This document shows positions 61,395 to 64,000 of a stretch of DNA of 64,000 bases, in pieces (positions within the stretch are counted from its first letter, which is position 1; every line of letters begins with the position of its first letter). This DNA is from Torpedo marmorata (Eukaryota): assembly GCA_977017645.1 (NCBI GenBank), contig OZ360241.1, positions 56,172,001 to 56,236,000 of the forward strand, in the 5' to 3' direction. A program made the translations under genes and the position numbers. The notes beneath the pieces are model-generated. The model made no database searches, had not been told where the DNA came from, and saw nothing but the letters and a program-made list of their open reading frames with translations.

Positions 61395-62170
61395 TCAAGA
61401 TTCAATTTATTGTCATGCAATAAAACAGTGTCATATTACACAAAATTCCTTTTGCCTGCTGTAAGGCAGACAGATTCGCTATCGGCAGAAATTGCCTGAA
61501 GCGCCTCTTACAGTCAGAGAAAGAGAAGCAAAAGAGAGTCCCCCCAGAGTCACCCAGTGTTCGTAGATTTGCCTCCGCAGCCACACAGAGTCCAGTCCAA
61601 ACCATTGGCAACCCGTGCTCCAGATCCGAACCTCCGACACGGTCAGGAACCCTTCAGCGCCTTTGGCACCCCCTCGCATCCCAGTTCCAATACCCGGTAT
61701 CCCTTCAGCCAGTTCGAGCCAATCTCCAGCAGTCTGCAGCCCGGCGCGTGTCTCCCGACAGCAGTCTCCAACAGCCCACAGCCTCCGCGGGTTCCTTGCC
61801 TCGAGTTGCCAGCAGCCCGCCGCATGCATTGGTCTTCCAGCCACAGAGCCCCTCACCGGTCCGCCGCCGTGGTCACCATCCTGTGGGTCGTCTCCTCTGC
61901 TTCTCCTTCTCAGACGGGGAATGGTCTCCCCGTTTTCTGGTGCCCTGCGCCAGTCCTCCACTCCCCTGGAGTCTGCAACCCCTCGTGGCTGCTGCCGATC
62001 AGAGGCGCTGTCATCTTGGGCGCAGACCCCGCGGTTGCGGGATTTTAAATAAAACCACCGTCGGCTCCTTTAACGAGCCGTTCAAAGCCCGTGCGAAGCT
62101 GATGGCAGACGACTGGGCGGTTGGACCCCGCGGAAGCGCTGTATCTCCGCTCCTCGCTCCATCTTCTCAT
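61395..62170 (-). mobile_element. GC-rich non-autonomous retroelement with a Rex1-like 3' tail
   Basis: CpG-rich ~770 bp; minus strand ends CATGACAATAAATTGAATCTTGA; last ~110 nt resemble the 5S-SINE body. Confidence 0.65.
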
Positions 62171-62733
62171 GTTGTGCCTTTATGAATGTAGCTAAGCATT
62201 CCGCTAAACTGTGGGACCTCTGCTTGTAGTGTCTTTGATTGCATCAAGATTGGTTTATTCGAAATGTCCTTGTGGCCATCTTGGATCTATCCATGTCTCG
62301 GCGCAAAATGCAATAATGTACTTAATAATTAAGAACACTAATTTACTCGTCACCTTTCACAACCGTTAGACATTCTGATATTCTTCACTTTGCAAGTACT
62401 TCATTAGTTTTACAGTCACTAGCAGGGGAAGGAAATTCAGGAGGCAATTTCATTAGATAAGAACTAGATTATTTATTTTTGGTGATGCTAACCAAGAGGC
62501 ACAGCCACTTATTCAGGAAATCAATAGAATTTTGGTAGAGGGTATTTTCCCTACTGGTGTAACTTGCTGTAACTGACCTACTGGGGAACTTTAGGTAGGA
62601 TTCTAGCGACAATGTTTGTCAGACTGAATGAATGGAATTGAAAATGTGATTATTTATGTAATTGGTCTGTGTTTATTGACCAAACTTTGCGATTCTGTAG
62701 CTGAATGTGGAGCCAAGTGCAGACACCTTATTC

Positions 62734-64000
62734 ATAAGAACATAAGAAATTAGGAACAGGAGTAGGCCAACCGGCCCATCGAGCCTGCTCCACCATTCAA
62801 TAAGATCATGGCTGATCTGATCAATGACCTAACTCCACCTACCTGCCCTTTCCCCATATCCCCTAATTCCTTTTTTATGTAAAAATCTATCCAACTGAAC
62901 CTTAAATATGTTCAATGAAGCAGCCTCAACTGCTTCCCTGGGTAGAGAATTCCACAAATTCACCACTCTCTGTGAAAAACTGTTTTTCCTCATCTCTGTC
63001 CTAAATCTACTCCCCTGAATCTTGAGGCTGTGTCCCCTAGTTTTGGTCTCACCTGCCAGTGAAAAAAACCTTCCTACCTCTATCCTATCCATCCCCTTCA
63101 TAATTCTGTATGTTTCTATAAGATCTCCTCTCATTCTTCTGAACTCAAGCGAGTATAATCCCAGACGATTTAATCTTTCATCATAAGTCAACCCCTTCAT
63201 CTCAGGGATCAACCTAATAAACCTCCTGGACTGCCTCCAAGGCCAGTATATCCTTCCTCAAATATGGAGACCAGAACTGCACACAGTACTCCAGGTGCGG
63301 TCTCACCAGTACCTTGTACAGTTGCAACATTACCTCCTTGCTCCTGAATTCAATTCCTCTAGCGATGAAGGCCAACATTCCATTTGCCTTCTTAATAACC
63401 TGCTGCACCTGCAACCCAACTTTTTGCGATTTGTGCACAAGCACTCCCAAGTCCTTCTGCACAACAGCATGCTGCAGTTTTTCACCACTTAAATAATACT
63501 CTGCTCTTTTATTTTTCTTGCCAAAGTGGATAACCTCGCACTTACTAACATTGTACTCCATCTGCCAGACCTTTGCCCACTCACCTAACTTAACTATATC
63601 CCTCTGCAGCCTCTCCACATCCTCAGTACAATTTGCTCTTTCACTCAATTTAGTATCATCCGCAAACTTGGCTACACCACATTTTGTCCCCTCCTCCAAA
63701 TCATCAATGTAAATGATGAACAGTTGTGGGCCCAGCACCGACCCCTGCGGCATCCCACTTACCACTGTCTGCCAATCAGAGAAACACCCATTTATCCCGA
63801 CTCTCTGCCTCCTTTCAGACAACCAATCCTCAATCCATGCCAATATACTTCCCTGGACTCCATTCACCTGTAACTTACTGATAAGTCTCTTGTGCGGCAC
63901 CTTATCAAACGCTTTCTGGAAATCCAAATATACAACATCAACCTGTTCTCCTCTATCTACCGCACCCATTATGTCCTCAAAGAACTCTTAACAAGTTTGT
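62734..64000 (-). mobile_element. CR1 LINE (RT and 3' UTR), runs off the window
   Basis: YLDFQKAFDKVPH, PQGSVLGP, KFADDTK, RPHLEYCVQFWSP; one frameshift at ~63213; tail repeat CATAAGAA. Confidence 0.95.

Noticed and set aside
61479-62185. Several 145-163 aa ORFs on both strands
   Set aside because: By-product of high GC content in a repeat; no domain
60929-64000. COPE final exon
   Set aside because: No ENDFDRL-like exon found; it presumably lies beyond the window

Overview
Vertebrate nuclear DNA, very likely a shark, ray or skate: it carries HE1-type V-SINEs paired with CR1 LINEs, plus Rex1/Babar and Penelope-like elements. Two intron-rich genes lie on the + strand. The first is the 3' part of a class-4 transmembrane semaphorin (SEMA4D/SEMA4E-like; 8 coding exons, 40..16982). 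The second is COPE (coatomer epsilon), exons 1-9 at 28086..60928, with the last exon beyond the window. The rest is dense mobile DNA: a Gmr1-like Gypsy element with a SCAN-like gag and an in-frame RT deletion, two solo LTRs of the same family, a short-LTR Gypsy element nested in a CR1 and itself carrying a 5S-rRNA-derived SINE, and many Tc1/mariner and hAT MITEs. The most notable non-genic signals are Penelope-derived elements carrying minimal hammerhead-ribozyme-like motifs (one in a perfect palindrome with 121-bp arms in COPE intron 5) and a 3' module shared by the 5S-derived SINEs, a GC-rich element and Rex1 tails. All calls were made by eye; repeat boundaries are approximate unless a TSD is cited.
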